Assembly (NCBI GenBank): GCA_965287045.1
Contig: OZ336892.1
Coordinates: 6,696,001 to 6,760,000, forward strand
Length of the DNA stretch: 64,000 bases
Direction: 5' to 3'
From: Carcharhinus amblyrhynchos
Taxonomy: Eukaryota
A model generated the notes under the pieces. The model did no database searches. It saw nothing but the letters and a program-made list of their open reading frames with translations, and was not told where the DNA came from. Below are positions 1 through 15,669 of the stretch, one piece after another; the stretch's first letter is position 1; every line of letters starts with the position of its first letter. A program made the translations under genes and the position numbers.

Positions 1-142
1 CAAAGATGATATTTCTGCATTCAGCAACTTGCAAAATATTAAGCAAAGGCCACAATGTTGCATTCTGTACACCTCTGGGCAAGTGTCTGAATTATGAAGA
101 TCGTTCATACACAATAGTAAACTGCAGAACATGCAGGGCTTT

Positions 143-163
143 GGGGGGGGTGGGGGGGGGGGG
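143..163 (+). repeat. G8-T-G12 tract
   Basis: Direct. Confidence 0.9.
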
Positions 164-1049
164 AGTATATGACACCTCCACCCAATGCAACACAAGTACA
201 ATTGAGGAACACATTGAGGTGTGGGGCAAATGTGCTGGATTACAGGGATGTGGTGGAACATGAGGGTTGGTGCAGACTTGGGACCAGAGGGCCTCCTCCT
301 GTGCCACAGTGATTCTATGGACAGGGAGCAGGTTTTCCTGTTTTCACTGATTCTTGTGAAGCAGGTGGTGAGAGGGAAAACATGGATGCTGATACAATTT
401 CAGTTTCAACAGCTTCTGGATTGGGATCAAGATCAAAGCTACAAAAGCACCTATTGCTTTGATCAAGGGATGAGCCAGGATAATCTACCCAGTTCCACAA
501 GAGGCCAACCACAATCTTTCCAAAGCAAGCTGGCTCTTTGAAGTAATGTTCCTGTGAAACCTGTGCAAAGTATCCACAAGACCTCCAACGAATGCTTATA
601 GCACCATTCGATTACCTTCTTTGCAATCAAGTAGCTTTGTGTGAACAAGTCCCAGAGAACCAAGCATGGCAGCAAAAGAATCCATTTTGCCACATCAGCA
701 AATCTCTACAGACAGAACCACAGGCACAATCCAGGAAGGACATCCAAGTAAAGATGCAGAATTTCAGATTTAAAACTACATTGACCTCTAATCTTGCTTC
801 CTAAAAGAAAATCTACTCAAATGTTGCTTTGTCAGACTGTAAACTCAGTGTTTTGTTAAATGTCAGGATAAAAAGGTAGATTTTGAGACTGCAGCTTTAA
901 ATTGAGTAAAGAAGCAGATGGCCTGTAGGAGTCACCCCGGCAGTTAAAGGGCTCAAGAGTTTGAGACAAGGTATATTCTGACTGCTACCACCACAGACCG
1001 AGTCTCTCAAAATCCCAAATGTTATAGATATTGGGTTGTAAGTTATCCA

Positions 1050-1172
1050 AGGATGTGCATGTTAGGTTGACCCTTAGTGTCAGGGGAACTAACAGGGTAA
1101 ATACAGGGATAGAATGTGGAGATTGTGGTCAGTGCAGACTATGGAACAAATGGTCTCCTTCTGCACTATAGG
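1050..1172 (+). mobile_element. V-type SINE 3' half
   Basis: gatgtgcatgttaggtt...cccttagtgtcagg...ccttctgcactatagg. Confidence 0.7.
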
Positions 1173-2549
1173 GGGTAAGGAGATGTAAGGAGTTGGGATC
1201 AAAGATCACTTTAGCATTATTACCTGGATACAAGGTTGGTGCACTTCAAAAATGCCATGGGGGACAGGTACAAGCATCCATACAAATTACTAATGGCAGT
1301 TTGGGAGTGGTCTACAGTCAGACACAGCAGGGGACAGGCCAGTCTTGACATGGAGCAGCAAATGCTGACAAATTGCACAGTACAAAAACACAGGTGGAAC
1401 TTGCACTTAGAAACCAAGTTGAGGGGATTTAAAAAATGACACTGGAAGATTCACCCAGCTTAGGCTAGAGGAAAAGTATCCACTGTATAACCTTCAGTGG
1501 AAGCCAGTTCTGTAATCAGTACCCAGCTGGGAAAGTTAGCAGAAGAAAGCCATTGGGAGCAGAGAATAGTGCACCTATTAGGCAAATGACAGGTCCAGTC
1601 AGGTTAGAGAAGTTAAATGGGGAAGTTTAGTTTCTGGTTCAGTAAAAGTTGCCCACAAAAAAAGTTTAATAATGAGAGTCATTTGAAAGTTCTAATTAAA
1701 TCTAGTTATTTTGTGTAGTCTAGAGAACAGAAGGGCCATGTTCATATTGCCCTAGTTCTTTACACTGGTGGTCATTCATGTGACCACTCAGGTTTGATAA
1801 CAGCAAGTTTAGTCATTACAGCAAAACCTATGGAATCCTATATACATTCCCAGTGTGGCTCAATCCATGCAAGTGCCCTAGTTAATGACCTCTGGAGGGG
1901 AGAGAAAAGACCAATTTGAGCATTCCAAACAGCCAACTCGAGGACCTTACTACTCAGCAACTCTGCCTGCCATCACTTGAATAAACAAGCTGTTTAATCC
2001 TCAAAGGTTCAAGCAGTGTTAACAGATTTCAAATGTACTATGCACTGCTCAAGCTGTTAGTAACAGAGCTTAGATCACCACGGTATAAAAATGATTAACT
2101 GTTGCATGCAATACCTGCACCTGGACTTCATCCATTGAATGGTCTCCTGCCCCCATGCTTGTTAATGTTAACAGATTACTGTATTAGTCAGAGGTATGCA
2201 GAGAAAGTTAGCCAAAAGGCAGATCCAGAACAAGCTAAAATCAAAGGCTACTGGCATGGGACAAAACTGGTATTACAGCAACCAAACTGGTTAATAAGCT
2301 GTGACTTTTTTTGCTCATCTTTCCCATAGCTTTGTATTTTTAAATAAAACTTATTCCTTTCCAAAAAAGTTTCACCACTAGAGCCCTGGGCAGAAATCTG
2401 TTTGATCCTGAATTGTTTCAATGATCTGAAGCACAAAAAAATTGACCCTCTCCCCTGTAAAAATAAACCATGAACTCAAGAATGAGGGGCAACTTTTTTG
2501 GAACATGATTCTCAGGGCTTGACAGGGTAGATGTTGGAGGTTGTTCCCT

Positions 2550-2800
2550 CTTGGAGGGTCTAAGAGGGAATAAGGAGTCACCCATTAAAAGAAATGTCTT
2601 CGTGAGGATAGTGAAACTGGAATCCTTTACCATAGGTATGGAGGCAGCTGAAACAGGTCAATTAGTAAGAGAATCAAGGGTTTGGGATAAGGCTGGAAAG
2701 TGGAGTGGGGGAAATCAGATCAGTCATGGTCCCATTTGACTGGCAGAACAGACTTGGTGGGTTGAATGACCTACTGCTCCGTGTATTTGGTCTATGATCT
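2550..2800 (+). mobile_element. CR1 3' end
   Basis: cagatcagtcatggtc...gaatgacctactgctcc tail. Confidence 0.65.
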
Positions 2801-3314
2801 TGAAAACAAATGTACTCAAATTGTGCAAAGTCTCAACATTGCTTGTGACAGAAGCATTTGATGGACCCCATAAATTTTTTTTTAGAAATCTTGCTGTTCA
2901 GACCAATAACTGACAAGATTTAAAATATGATCAAGTTTAAAAACCACAAACCAAGAACCAAGCACTAATGCAAACAAGGGTCAAACCCCAAGACAAAAAG
3001 AATCCAAACCCAATTTGAAACAAAATAATTTCAAATGAAATCTTAAATTGGATTAGGAAGCATTTGTTTATTAAACATGCCCTGGATTATAGCTTTAATG
3101 GGAATATATTTCATGGCAACCTGAGGAAACAGTAGATTCTTGTTAAAATTGACACCAATAGTTTATGAACTTCAGCCTGTGTCAGGATTCTGACTAGAGT
3201 TCTTGCATATATTGTGTCAGTGTTCTGTCCTATTTAACTGCATTAGGTGTAGATGTACTTATGGTAAATTTAATCTTAAAATGGGCATCAAGTGCACATT
3301 TTGTCAGTGAGTTC

Positions 3315-3530
3315 CAGGTGGCTCAGTGGTTAGCACTGCTGCCTCAATTCCTGGGACCCAGGTTTGATTCCCAGCTTGGGTCACTGATTGTGAGGAGTCT
3401 GCACGGGTTTCCTCTCGGTGCTCCTGTTTCCTCCCACAGTCTACGACATGCCAGTTATGTGCATTGACCTGAACAGATGGAGTGACAGCTAAGGGAATTT
3501 CATAGTAACTATTGCAGTGTTAAAGCCTTT
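3315..3530 (+). mobile_element. tRNA-derived V-type (HE1-like) SINE
   Basis: A box ggtggctcagtggttagc, B box ggtttgattcc, core gggtttcctc..ggtgctcc.gtttcctcccaca. Confidence 0.8.
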
Positions 3531-4984
3531 GACTAAAGTCAAATTTTATATTCCACCTCCCAGTGCCTTCTATAGGCAACTCAAAACTAATGCCCAAGTG
3601 AGGCCTCATTAGCTAGCAACTCCAATGAAGCCAATAATGCCACAAACATGGGAGAATAAACTGCGACTGTTAGCAAATTTCACCCAAATCTCAGTATGCC
3701 TAATCATTTGGGGCACATTCCTCAAAGAATATTAGCATCTTTTAAAAGTATGCAAAAATCTACCCTGAAACAAACTTTATTGGACAGTGCTTTGCCCAAG
3801 AGAATATTTTGTACACATCCAAACAGCCATAAGACCAGAGGAAGCACAAAATTACAAGCATCAACTCCTTGTGGGACTGGAATAAAGTTAGTTTTAAACT
3901 GATCTGCATAAAAAAAGTTTCAAATTCTTCACATACCCCTTTGTTAATAGCAGTTAGTAAGAGAATGCAGAACAGTAACTGCAGCACAAAGGCTTTTCCA
4001 CAAACTACAGCCAGCAAACTGCAGTTTTGGTCAAGAAAAACATGCTGATGTTTATTTTTAGCATTTGTGTGCATGAAAAAGAGGCAAAAGTACTGAAGCA
4101 AAAAAATGGACCCCTGAGATGGTTCTGCCAAACAGGCTCTTTGAAAGCACACACTCAGCCAAGCAGAAATGCTTCATGGCCTCAAACGTGATTTCCCCTT
4201 GCAAATGGAGTTGCACATGCTCAAGTGTAAACAAACAGTTCCATTACCCATTTTTCACACACACTAGCTGGGAGGGGGCTACTGAATGGCCGTACCCACA
4301 ACACTGCTGCACACTTGTCCCAAGAGTCCCTGTGGAAATATTTTCACTGAGCGCCACTTGGCTGTGACAAGTTAAACCCCTTAATGTTGCATTATAAATT
4401 CCAGCTGATTCATCTCAACTTGGGGGCATTAGATGTTAACATGGAAAGGCACCTGAGATAAAAGAGGGCTCTTCATCCTTGTAACAGTTGGCAAAAGCCA
4501 ACATTGAGCAATGAGGCACCACAGGGACTAACTTCATGAGAAACAGTGTGGGGAACAGGTCCCATCATGAAACCCCTCAAGCTGCCTCATGTCTGTCAGA
4601 AATTATTAACAGAACGAGTTCATAAGCTGGTTCACAATCCTCTGGAAGAGGCAAGGTGGTTGCATCTTATCACCACAAGATTTGAAATACTCACATTGGA
4701 AACTTTCACTATTTAAAGTTTAGGTCCAGTTTTAAGTTCTAAAAAAGGCAGGGATTGTGAACCAGTCACCATATGACCACCTGCCCATTTCTGCCAATGA
4801 CTCAAAAGAGTCACTGAAGGTCCTCACTAAACAGTTTCAACTGCTCTAACTCTGCTCGCAAGGATTTGCAGTGGATCTAGTGGAATTAAAAAAGCAGCAG
4901 TGTAAGATGGGAAGGAAACAATTCATGCAGATATCCTGAGTTTCAGTCTCCAGAACTAAAGATGGAAAATGAGTCAACTTTCAC

Positions 4985-5005
4985 CTTTTTCTTTATTTCA
5001 TCAAC
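4985..5005 (-). CDS. CLTC: CLTC alternative microexon 31, 21 nt (VDEIKKK)
   Basis: cccttgcag|GTTGATGAAATAAAGAAAAAG|gtgaaagt; phase 0-0; resembles the mammalian 7-aa exon 31 (VDAIKEK) in the expected intron. Confidence 0.88.
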
Positions 5006-7230
5006 CTGCAAGGGAATTCAGAGGGTAGCAGCTTAGAATCCAAACTCATCCAGCACAATAAAGCAGGTAGAAAACAGCAACAGAAAGGAGCAAAGTCAAG
5101 GAAAACCCAGAACAGGGAGATGGGAAGGGGAAGGAAGAAAGAACAGTAAATAGCAGCATTGTGTACTACAAAACATCAGGAAGGACAAATATACAGATGA
5201 ATAATGGCAGAATAAAATTGATCAAACTCACTTGACAACCACCTTGCTGGGATTAATTTTGACTAAGCAACAACCTATTCCAAAGTCAGGCTCCACTAAA
5301 TCCATGCAGCTTCTAAGGCTTCAGTACCCTATACCCAACTCTAACTATTCCCAAACCTCCACATTTGATGTTGCCATTTCCCCAAACTAGACAGCAAGTC
5401 ACACGAGACGCAATTAACCATTAAACTTCAAGGATAAAATCTTTGCTTCAAGATGAAGCAGAAAGCAAGCCCTGCTCATCCCCACTATACTCCATAGAAG
5501 GAGTCAACCCAAGACAAATTATTGCCATTACTTAGCTGAAGTAAACTAGCCAACCTATGGCTGCATGGAATTTAAATTTACACTGGCTGCATCAAGTTGG
5601 ATTCCATACCAAGTTTTATTATGCCATTCATCTGCAAGCAAAGGTAACTTGCAACAGGTACAGAAAAACAATTAAATATCAAAATAAGACACTGCAAGCA
5701 TATTAAGAGGATCACAACTCTTGCACAGGAAAGTTTGGCCAGGAATGCAAGGTCATTAGATAGGGCATTAATGTAAACAAAGTGCTGCAGGTGGGGGGGT
5801 AGGGGGAACTGGATAAGTGTTAGCCACCTCAAGTTTCTTGCCGTCACAATTTCAGCAGCTTCAGCATCTGATGTGATTCAATTCAAGAATTGCTATTCAA
5901 ATCAAGTTTTGTACAGCAAGGACTAGAGAGAATGCCCACAATCACATGCCCTTGTCTGGGGATATGCACCAACATTCGTGCTGTGTAACAGTTGACAATT
6001 CCAAAACCTCAAATTAGAGGCAACCCACTTATGGAATCCCATTCCATACAGCATTCAAGTAGTTAAATTGTCACTTAAAGAACCATCAAAACTATAGCAT
6101 AATTCTTGTCACATCCAAAAAAAGCACAAGTTATGGCAAGACACCCAATACAAGACTGAGAGCCAAGTCTTAGTTAAGCTAATCAAACTTAGTTTAACAT
6201 TACCAAGTAAAACGAATGCCCTTCTACAGCAGGGAGTGTAACATCAGCGCACTGTTCAAAGTAGGACAGGAAAAACATAAAGGATAACAACTCCAACAAG
6301 GGGACCTAGCAGAATTCCTTGAACAAGTTTTTGGTTTAGTTCTGCAAGCAAAAAAATCTGCTGAGTCTCCAGTTATTGCTCAGTTTAATGCCAAAGGTAT
6401 GTCATTGGAGTTATGCCAAGACAAACTCATTTATAACAGCTTTATAGTACTGTAGTATTACTTCATTAGGACAGGTCTGCCATTAAGCCAGCATTGATTT
6501 TTAATTTTTAAAAATGTCCATCTGCAATCTTAGTTTAGGATCAGTTTTAAAAAGAGTCTGCACTGCAACACATTCCAAAGGATGTTTAAACTGGAGACCA
6601 GATTTAAGACTGATTTTTCAAACCAAAAAGGAGCTGCAATGCAACAATCTCAATTAGTACAATTTATGGCAGAGTTCAAGTGTTTAAGTGAAATGGAACA
6701 GGTTGTGCCAGTCTACAAGGGGTGGTTGGGCAAACTCAGCCACATTTGCAAATGCAGCAAAGTCAAAATCTGAACTATTAAATGGTTTGATTAAGAGCTC
6801 TAATATTTATCCTAGAATGGATGGTCAGAAGAACAGATATTTAGAATGATAATTAGGAAAAAATTTTTAGAATGAGAAAACATGAGTACCAGAATTGGTT
6901 AATCTAGGTTAAATCAGTATTTTACTCTAGATGACAGGAGCCAGACAACACAAATTTTACTAGGCCTGATAGCCTAGTATCAGCCATGATTCAAGTCTTA
7001 GGTTGACTCGACTAGCAAAACAGCACAATTTTAGATCTGCTAAAAATTTGCTATGTACTGTAGGCTTCAAAACAATTCTAATCTCCATTGTAAACCTCAC
7101 CAGAAATCATTTGACAATTTTGCAGTATAGTCATTATATCTCAAAACATGAGAACACTTCAAACACAAACTGTTAAGTGCCTTGGAGCTACACCAACCTC
7201 CTTCAAGCTCACTTGTGTACTGTCACATAC

Positions 7231-7452
7231 CTTTGTGAGATACTCCCTCATCACCTGGATGAAGTATGGCATAGAGAAATCCATTATGTTGTGCCTCCAA
7301 GAAAGCTCAAGCACAACATCTGGCCTCAGCAGGTCATAACAAGTAAATAGACAGGAAGCAAAGCACTCATTCTTCCCATCCTCAAGGAACCACTGCAGCA
7401 ATTCCTCTGCTAGCTCAGTATCCTTGGACTCCGATGCATATTGCATAGCATC
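7231..7452 (-). CDS. CLTC: CLTC exon 30, 222 nt (DAMQYASE...EYLTK), trimerisation region
   Basis: AG acceptor, GTATGT donor. Confidence 0.96.
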
Positions 7453-8100
7453 CTGGAAAATTGAACATAAGAGTACATTAACTTACTTGTGCAAGTACCA
7501 CTGCAGTAACCAGACTGGCTTTAAAATTTACAACTGTCTGACCAAGAGCTACTCTCTAGGAGTACCCAAAGTTCAGTGAAGAATGCATGCTAGAGTATTC
7601 CATATTACAAAGATGGGCACTAAGTGCAGAGTCAATCTACATGCATAGTTCACTCTTGAAAGCAATGTTGATGTTCCTCTGGTAATCCTTGAGCCCTCCA
7701 TTTCAAGGTCAGTCTCATGGCAAGGTGGCCAGAACCAAGCATTGCACAAAGTACAAGTACTCTGGATTTATGTTCATATTCTCTGGGCCCCTCAAGTCAC
7801 CCTATGCCATTCCAGTGTCTAGATTAAAAATGTGATAATACTTCTAAAATACAAATGCAATAATTTGCTGTAACTACAGTTTAGAGTGTCAAATAATGAC
7901 AAGCTTGCATGCAGATTCCAGAGCATTAACATTTTAGGTTTGATGGGACTTCAAGGTGACTGAAGGTATAAACTATTTAATCTTCAGTCATGTGGGACAA
8001 GTGAATAGGAGTCTGTTACACTGCTTTGAAAGTCTGACTGTTAGGCACTCCAACTCTGAGCTCAACCCGTGAGAAAAGCAATCTTGTGATACTTCCATCA

Positions 8101-8313
<213 letters not shown>

Positions 8314-8699
8314 CTAAGTATAAAGGACATTTGTTTAACTTACAGTACAGGTAGACAAACACCTATGTACAAACCACAAGAACCAGAATTGATCAGATGA
8401 ACTATTGGTGTGGTAACTTGGGCCAAAAAGATAGTCAAAAATGCATTATGATATTCATTCTTAATATAGTATGGCATGGACTCTTAACTGGTTACCTCCA
8501 CTACAAACTCCCTTGTGGTAAGACTGGACCTGGAAAACCCTTACTGTCAGTCACAATACTCACTATATTACATAAAGATGCTCACTATAATGCTAACAAT
8601 AGGGTACAGTGGGCACTACTAGTCTATCAAAGTGCAACTTCAGGATATAACAATGATAACAGCTGCTCATTGAGCACCTTCCATTCAAGTTTCACCTAC

Positions 8700-8810
8700 C
8701 TGGTAGTCCTCCTCCTGGATGAACAGGTTATTCAATGACTCATTCACAGACTTGTTGTTGTTGCTTTGTACAGAACGCAGATAGGGTTTGACCAGATTCA
8801 GCTGCTTCAC
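8700..8810 (-). CDS. CLTC: CLTC exon 28, 111 nt (VKQLNLVKP...EEDYQ)
   Basis: Read manually; AG acceptor, GTAGGT donor. Confidence 0.95.
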
Positions 8811-8997
8811 CTGAAAAAACAAGAAATGGTTTGCAACTACCCTATTGCTTAAAAGTCAAAACAGGAACAGATGCTCCAAAATAAATTTGATATCAGGTTA
8901 GAGTTGTCTGTTCATGAGAAATCATAAGCACCACTGCAATGCCAAATAGAATTTGTCATCTTTTATTCCTCATCCTGCAGTATAAATATCTTCCACT

Positions 8998-9092
8998 GTC
9001 TTTGACAGTGTCCTCTGGACTCAAAATATTGGCTCTTTATATAGATGCTGCCAGACCTGCTGAGATTTTCCAGCATTTTCTTGTGGTTTGTG
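8998..9092 (+). repeat. Short Penelope-like terminal repeat (other copies ~14295-14365 minus, ~55680-55755 plus)
   Basis: Shared agatgctgccagacctgctgag..tttccagcatttt motif in three places. Confidence 0.6.
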
Positions 9093-9439
9093 CACCACAG
9101 GTTCAAGATCAGCAACTTAGGTCCATCTTCAAAACACTACTTCTTGAAAGTTAACTGAGCACATCTCAGTTTTGTTATTCTAGATGTTACTGTTGCCAGT
9201 CCCAATTTCACCCATACATTTCCACTACTGGGATATCTATACTCACCTCACTGGCAGGATAAGAGTTTACACATCAAGCCATTTAAGACTAGCAAGTCCC
9301 ACCTATCATTCTTTGAACAGTTAAGGATAAACACTTGCCCATGAGAGATGGGCAGAGGGAATTGACAGTGGAGGAAACAGGACCAGGCTAAGGTAAGACA
9401 GCCCCCATAAGGCCAAAGCTTGCTTGCACTAACAGCTGT

Positions 9440-9690
9440 AGAACAGGACCCTGGATCCCTACAGTGCAGGTGGCAGCCATTCAGCCCATCAAGCCTGCAC
9501 TGAACAATCCCACCCAAGTGCTATCCATGTAACCCCACATTTACCCTGCTAATCCTCTTGGGGAATAATTGCATATCAACCTAACCCCCATGAACTGTGA
9601 AGGGGAAACATGCAGTTAGGGACAATATGCAAACTCTCCAGTATTTAACTGGGTTTGCTGGCACTGAGGCAGTTAGTGCTAGCCACTTGA
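9440..9690 (-). mobile_element. V-type SINE
   Basis: ccctacagtgcag..gccattcagcccatc ... gaggcag..agtgctagccact. Confidence 0.7.
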
Positions 9691-9787
9691 CAGGGATGCA
9701 GGGTTCCCCTTTCCTTTAGTTTCTCAGCATTTCCTTTCAGGTTTCTAGTATGGTAGTATTTTGCAATTTATTTGCAAACTGAAGTAC

Positions 9788-9919
9788 CTTAGTAAAGTAG
9801 TTGACAGCACGTGTATGATCCAGACGAGGAGATAGCACCATGAGCAGATCATTCAGTAATAAAGGCTTAAACTCCAAGTAGAACTGTGTTGCTTTGTAAT
9901 AGAGCTCCACATTGGCCAC
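9788..9919 (-). CDS. CLTC: CLTC exon 27, 132 nt (VANVELYY...NYFTK)
   Basis: AAG acceptor, GT donor. Confidence 0.95.
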
Positions 9920-10371
9920 CTTAGAAAAATGCAAGTTAAATATTAGTTTAAGCAAGGTTACTTGACAGGAACCAAAACTTTGGCTCTAGCAAATTAAGGC
10001 TAAAACACAAGCAAAATTTACAACAAGGTTGGAATAAAATACAATATGCTTTGAATCAGTTTCTAGCTTCCTCTAGCCACTAGGTGGCATTTTATACAAG
10101 AGATATGGTTGCTAGTGTCACTCAGTGGGTAGAGCTAGTATTAAAACTCCACATTACAGCCTTATAGTCTTGGCCAGATTTAGCCTGTTTCTAAAACAGT
10201 CTGACTGAATGCCTGTGCATTTGTGAACTTACCACCAGGCCATAAATGCAGCTCCTTACAAGAAAAAGGCTAATTTTTGCTGGTTTGAAAGTCACTGTTT
10301 TGGGTATGTGACAAATAGCATGTTGACAGATTAAGAAAACATCTGTTATACAAACCACATGACAAAAACTG

Positions 10372-10620
10372 AATCATATCACCGAATCCCTACAGAAGGC
10401 CATTCAGCCTGCACTGACCACAATTCCATCCAGGTCCCATTTCCATAACCTCTCATATTACCCCTGACTAGTGTTAGTTTTAGCATGGCTAATCAACTCA
10501 ACGTGTACATCTTTGGACTGAGGGAGGAAACCCATACAGACATGGAGAATGTGCAAACTCTAGTGACCTGAAGCCAGAATTGAACCCAAGTCCCTGGTGC
10601 TGCAAGGAAGCAATGCTAAT
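10372..10620 (-). mobile_element. V-type SINE
   Basis: catctttggactgagggaggaaac, gaatgtgcaaactc, gaattgaaccc. Confidence 0.75.
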
Positions 10621-10672
10621 CCTTATTGGAGGTAAATGGTCCACAGATTTGCCCTAGGTGAGGATAAATTCA

Positions 10673-10870
<198 letters not shown>

Positions 10871-10873
10871 TTA

Positions 10874-11107
<234 letters not shown>

Positions 11108-11301
11108 TTACATTGAGCAGTGCAAGCAGAACCAACTTACAGGAGTAATGTCAAATACCTATGGTTTCTTTACAAGAGTTGAAAATTGCTTAGATTGCTA
11201 TTGAGGGGTACAATAAGCTGTTTTCAGCACAATTTTTAGAGTTGATACACAAATCAGGAAACTTTTGCAACTGCCTTAAGATACGTAATCTGATGAGGCT
11301 A

Positions 11302-11502
<201 letters not shown>

Positions 11503-11706
11503 TTACTTGGAAGCTAATGTCCAGTTATAGGAGATATCAAAACAATTCTTGTTATTCTGACTTTTGTTTTTAGAGGGAGCCATTTTGCCTCAACTTTAGG
11601 GAAAATTCACCATGTGTCCAAAGAACATGCAAGCAATCCTAACAGATGATTAACTGGTTCACTGAGGGGGAGGCAGAGACAACTTCCACTCAGTGCTTAC
11701 TAATTA

Positions 11707-12030
<324 letters not shown>

Positions 12031-12343
12031 CTACAATACACAGGAAAATACTTAGAGTTTCTATCTTTTCATCTGGCTCTGAAGATTCTCAAACTGAAGA
12101 GACTGACATCCTGTCACTGACCAATTAAAACCTGGAGGTCAGAGGCCATCAGGATGCATCAATAGCAGAGACAGTCAAGGCAACAAGTAGTGACCCACAT
12201 CGAAAAGGTCACATTCAATCCCTAACCCAGTCAGTAGATCTCTACCAAACCCAACAGCATTACAATTGGCTACAGCCATTGAGTTAAGGGAAGGTGTTTG
12301 ATCACTGCATTATGTTCATTCAGACCCTCAAGCTGCAATTTCA

Positions 12344-12953
<610 letters not shown>

Positions 12954-12989
12954 CTATTTAAAAAGGTAGTGTGAAATATCCATATTTCA

Positions 12990-13214
<225 letters not shown>

Positions 13215-13489
13215 TTAGATTTATTACACTAGAGGATACCACAATAGTTCACCTGGATATGGGTTTACAGCAATTAGCATACTTCACTATATCCTAATGC
13301 AGTATAGATGGACTTCCTTTCCCAGTCTGAAATAGGAAAATCAGAACCTCAACTATTTTCAGCAAAGACTTACAGCAAGCACTGCAGGATAATCTGGGTG
13401 TTGGGCAAAAATCAGCTACTTACCAAGTATGTAGGTCTGTTCTAGTGATTACCAATTAGAAAAATAGTTTGATATATAATCTTCTACAA

Positions 13490-13770
13490 TTCATGGGTTA
13501 TTAAACCTGCATGAAACTGGTTCAGTGTTAATTCTGGGCACCACACTTTTGGGAAGGTGGCTATGAAAGCATTGGAGGGTGCAGGAATGTCTCAAGACTG
13601 AGTAGTAAAAGTAACTGGAGAAGTTTGGACTGGTCTTGAGGCCAAGAGGAGATTTGGTGATGTATTCAAAATCCAAGGGGTTTGCACATAACAGGTAGGA
13701 AGAAATTGTTCCCATTGGAAGGTTGAGAACCAGGAGGGCATAGATTTAAGGCACTGGCAAGAACAGCAAT
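13490..13770 (+). mobile_element. CR1 3' fragment
   Basis: aattctgggcaccacactttt, cattggagggtgcag, agaaccaggagggcatagatttaagg. Confidence 0.7.
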
Positions 13771-14350
13771 AGTGTCAAGCTTTCCCCCCTGCCAAAACAA
13801 GTCCAACATGGACTCTGGTATCCTTCCATACTGTACCCAATTCATGTACTTAGAATGATAAACCTGATTCTAGAGTGCAAAAGCTATGAAATGTTTTGTC
13901 TACCAAATCCATTACTGCATTGCCTAAACTGGAGTGTTTTCTTTGGATTTGTAGGTTTGTGCTCCTACAGGTTTGATGCTGCTTCTGCCCATCCAGGACA
14001 ATTGCAAAAAACCAAAAAAGGTGGCAGCAGGCAAACACCAGAAGTTCTAAATCCAGCCTTTGGTGACCCAGCAGCCAGTAAATTGGTTGACACCAGGCAT
14101 AGTAGGCCAGAGATGGGAACCATGTTGAGGGGAGGACAAAACCAAAAATAGTTCTCATCTAGTGCAAAGGGGAGCCATTGTTGTAAAAGCTAGATTCAAA
14201 TGGCATCTAATGCCAAAACTAGCAAACCAAGTTACAACTCTAAACCATCACCACTGGCTGAAGTGTGCTCATCTTTAAAAGCAAAATATTAAATGCCAGA
14301 ATGAAACAAAACTGTTGGAACTCTGGTATGACAGCATCTGTGGACAGTTA

Positions 14351-14581
<231 letters not shown>

Positions 14582-15309
14582 TCAATTGTAAACTTCAGCA
14601 CAAGATACAAGTTGATTTCCTACAGATTATTCTTGAAAGTATGCACATTTTATGCAGGTAATCAGGATTTCTGTAGGGAAGAAAAAAGTGGCATGTGCTG
14701 CAACTCCAACCAACCTTCCAGACAGCCAGAGAATAGATAATGAATCAGTTGAATTGATTCAAAGGTCAATGTTGTATGATTGTCAATGGCATAGCTAAGC
14801 TTAGAAAGATTGTCTTACACTTCTCAAAAGCAGTGTTCTAAGCACAAGGAAGCTGGACTGCCATAAGTGACAGAAGTGCAAAGCATCAAGGACTGCATAC
14901 TACCCTTCTGCAGACACTAAAGAACTTGAACTATAGAAACCAACTCCATTTAAATCATTTCATGGCTTTGTCTAACTATTGCTTTGGGTTTTCCTCATTG
15001 CTGGGCTTGGAGGTTTCTTAAGACTTATTCAATGTATGGTATTTTAATCTAGGGTCATTTACTATAAGTTATGCTTTACCCTCAAGACTACAAGTGCATC
15101 AATACAAATCTTGAAGCCAATAATTTCCAAGTGGATCTATGTTTGTGTGACCAATTATGGTCATGACATGAACAATTAACAACTAAATAAAATTAGTGTT
15201 GAAACCTGCAGGCTTTCACAAGCTTCCAAATGCTACCAAGGAGGTTGGTTTATGTTTAAAAAAATCAGTAACCTTCTTACAGATAATGCAATTCTGTATT
15301 AGGATTTCA

Positions 15310-15528
<219 letters not shown>

Positions 15529-15669
15529 TTAAAAAGGTAAAAAAGAATCTCAAGGACAGTTCCAGGGCAAGCATTTCCACCCCACCAAATTACTTGAAGT
15601 GAAGCAAATATGGAATTTCAAAAATCAAGATGTATTTTTCATATTGAAGCCAGCTACAATGAACTTTAG

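Noticed and set aside
3315-3380. tRNA-like A/B boxes (also at 24724 and 58890)
   Set aside because: SINE heads that continue into SINE bodies; no complete cloverleaf
1-4984. Final CLTC exons (VDKLDASES...; QLMLT-containing last exon)
   Set aside because: No matching sequence found by eye; they presumably lie beyond the left edge
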